DNA of 27,536 nucleotides from a virus (Duplodnaviria; Caudoviricetes): IMG/VR virus record IMGVR_UViG_3300021476_000134, positions 1 to 27,536 of that record; one strand, 5' to 3'. Shown piece by piece: positions 27,536 to 27,536 of this stretch (position 1 is its first letter; each line of letters starts with the position of its first letter). The notes under the pieces were generated by a model. It saw only the letters and a program-made list of their open reading frames with translations, ran no database searches and was not told where the DNA came from. The position numbers and the translations under genes were made by a program.

Positions 27536-27536
27536 G

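Noticed and set aside
1-27536. CRISPR array, integrase/att site, transposase, rRNA/tRNA genes, diversity-generating retroelement
   Set aside because: No regularly spaced repeats, recombinase or RT motifs, cloverleafs or TR/VR pair were seen by eye.

Overview
Segment of a tailed (pro)phage genome. The host is probably a Planctomycete, because the window carries a DUF1559 prepilin-type gene. Nearly all genes lie on the minus strand and many are translationally coupled. The right two-thirds (11.2-27.5 kb) is a morphogenesis region in unusual order: probable tail tube, short tape-measure-like protein, two unknown structural genes, a portal, a 1299-aa MuF (Mu gpF/SPP1 gp7) head protein, a small Thr/Gly-rich protein, DUF1559, an intein-interrupted PurD-like ATP-grasp ligase, a tail-like protein and a fibre-like protein. 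The MuF protein also carries two ADP-ribosyltransferase-like modules and a complete C-terminal amidinotransferase/deiminase (pentein) domain. The left 10.3 kb is a dense glycan-building and tailoring operon: three GT9-like and two GT2-like glycosyltransferases, four SAM methyltransferase domains (one a TylF domain fused to a GT), two radical SAM/SPASM enzymes, a CX5R phosphatase and small Cys-rich proteins. Two non-coding stretches (about 9005-9180 and 10320-10950) are hairpin-rich; the first holds a textbook bulged-G (loop E) RNA motif. The best candidates for a new system are the MuF-ART-pentein fusion with its neighbouring ATP-grasp, the phage glyco-tailoring operon, and the structured RNAs. 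All family calls come from motif recognition by eye, not database searches.
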